Below are positions 39,475 through 39,477 of a DNA stretch of 39,477 nucleotides, piece by piece (position 1 is the first letter of the stretch; every line of letters starts with the position of its first letter). The notes under the pieces are model-generated. The model searched no databases and was not told the DNA's origin. It saw only the letters and a list, made by a program, of their open reading frames with translations. The position numbers and the translations under genes were made by a program. The stretch lies in IMG/VR virus record IMGVR_UViG_3300045988_134561; one strand, 5' to 3'. This DNA comes from a virus.

Positions 39475-39477
39475 GAG
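39423..39477. repeat. Terminal overlap copy 2 (identical to 1-55)
   Basis: Exact 55/55 identity with the window start. Confidence 0.95.

Larger units (their letters stand above)
1..39477. mobile_element. Complete temperate siphovirus-like phage genome (circularly closed contig, about 39.42 kb unique sequence)
   Basis: Full packaging, head, tail, lysis, integration, immunity, replication and recombination modules are present. Exact 55-nt overlap of both window ends. An internal attP lies next to the integrase. Confidence 0.85.

Noticed and set aside
39423-39477. The 55-nt terminal repeats as attL/attR of an integrated prophage or as a physical direct terminal repeat
   Set aside because: The repeat lies inside a continuous CDS. 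No host genes flank it. The integrase and tRNA-derived attP are internal, so the molecule is in the excised or circular configuration. The length equals a common assembler k-mer. A real short DTR cannot be excluded without reads.

Overview
High-GC (visually about two-thirds G+C) double-stranded DNA with the full gene set of a temperate siphovirus-type phage of an Actinomycetota-like host. The first 55 nt (1-55) are identical to the last 55 nt (39423-39477) and a small CDS reads through this junction. The window is therefore most likely one closed circular contig of about 39.42 kb, not a chromosomal fragment. Layout by coordinate: (i) A rightward cassette of five small genes wraps the junction (39358..39474, then 136..1219) and ends at a bidirectional terminator. 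(ii) A roughly 14.5-kb leftward early operon (15996 down to 1281) is largely chained by ATGA/GTGA overlaps. It encodes a Cro-like HTH, Xis-like HTH, BRO/KilAC antirepressor, RusA, a replication initiator with an embedded iteron origin, a Sak4-like ATPase, a PD-(D/E)XK nuclease, a MazG-like protein and SSB. (iii) The immunity/integration module holds a divergent repressor (16092..16397), an attP carrying a tRNA-Thr(UGU) 3' segment flanked by arm-type repeats, and a tyrosine integrase (16764..18026). (iv) A leftward late operon (38926 down to 18078) encodes HNH, TerS, TerL, portal, MuF-like protein, scaffold, major capsid, connectors and major tail. It continues with G/GT chaperones carrying a GGGAAAC -1 frameshift, a 1289-aa tape measure with an NlpC/P60 domain, tail tip and fibre proteins, a three-domain endolysin and holin-like membrane proteins. 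No rRNA, CRISPR array, transposase or reverse transcriptase was seen. Most unusual features: eight phased 21-bp repeats upstream of the uncharacterised rightward cassette; a roughly 90-bp operator/promoter module present twice about 6.2 kb apart; and palindromic iterons plus an AT/pyrimidine tract inside the replication gene. Functions come from motif recognition by eye, and many long ORFs in the supplied track are high-GC shadow frames.
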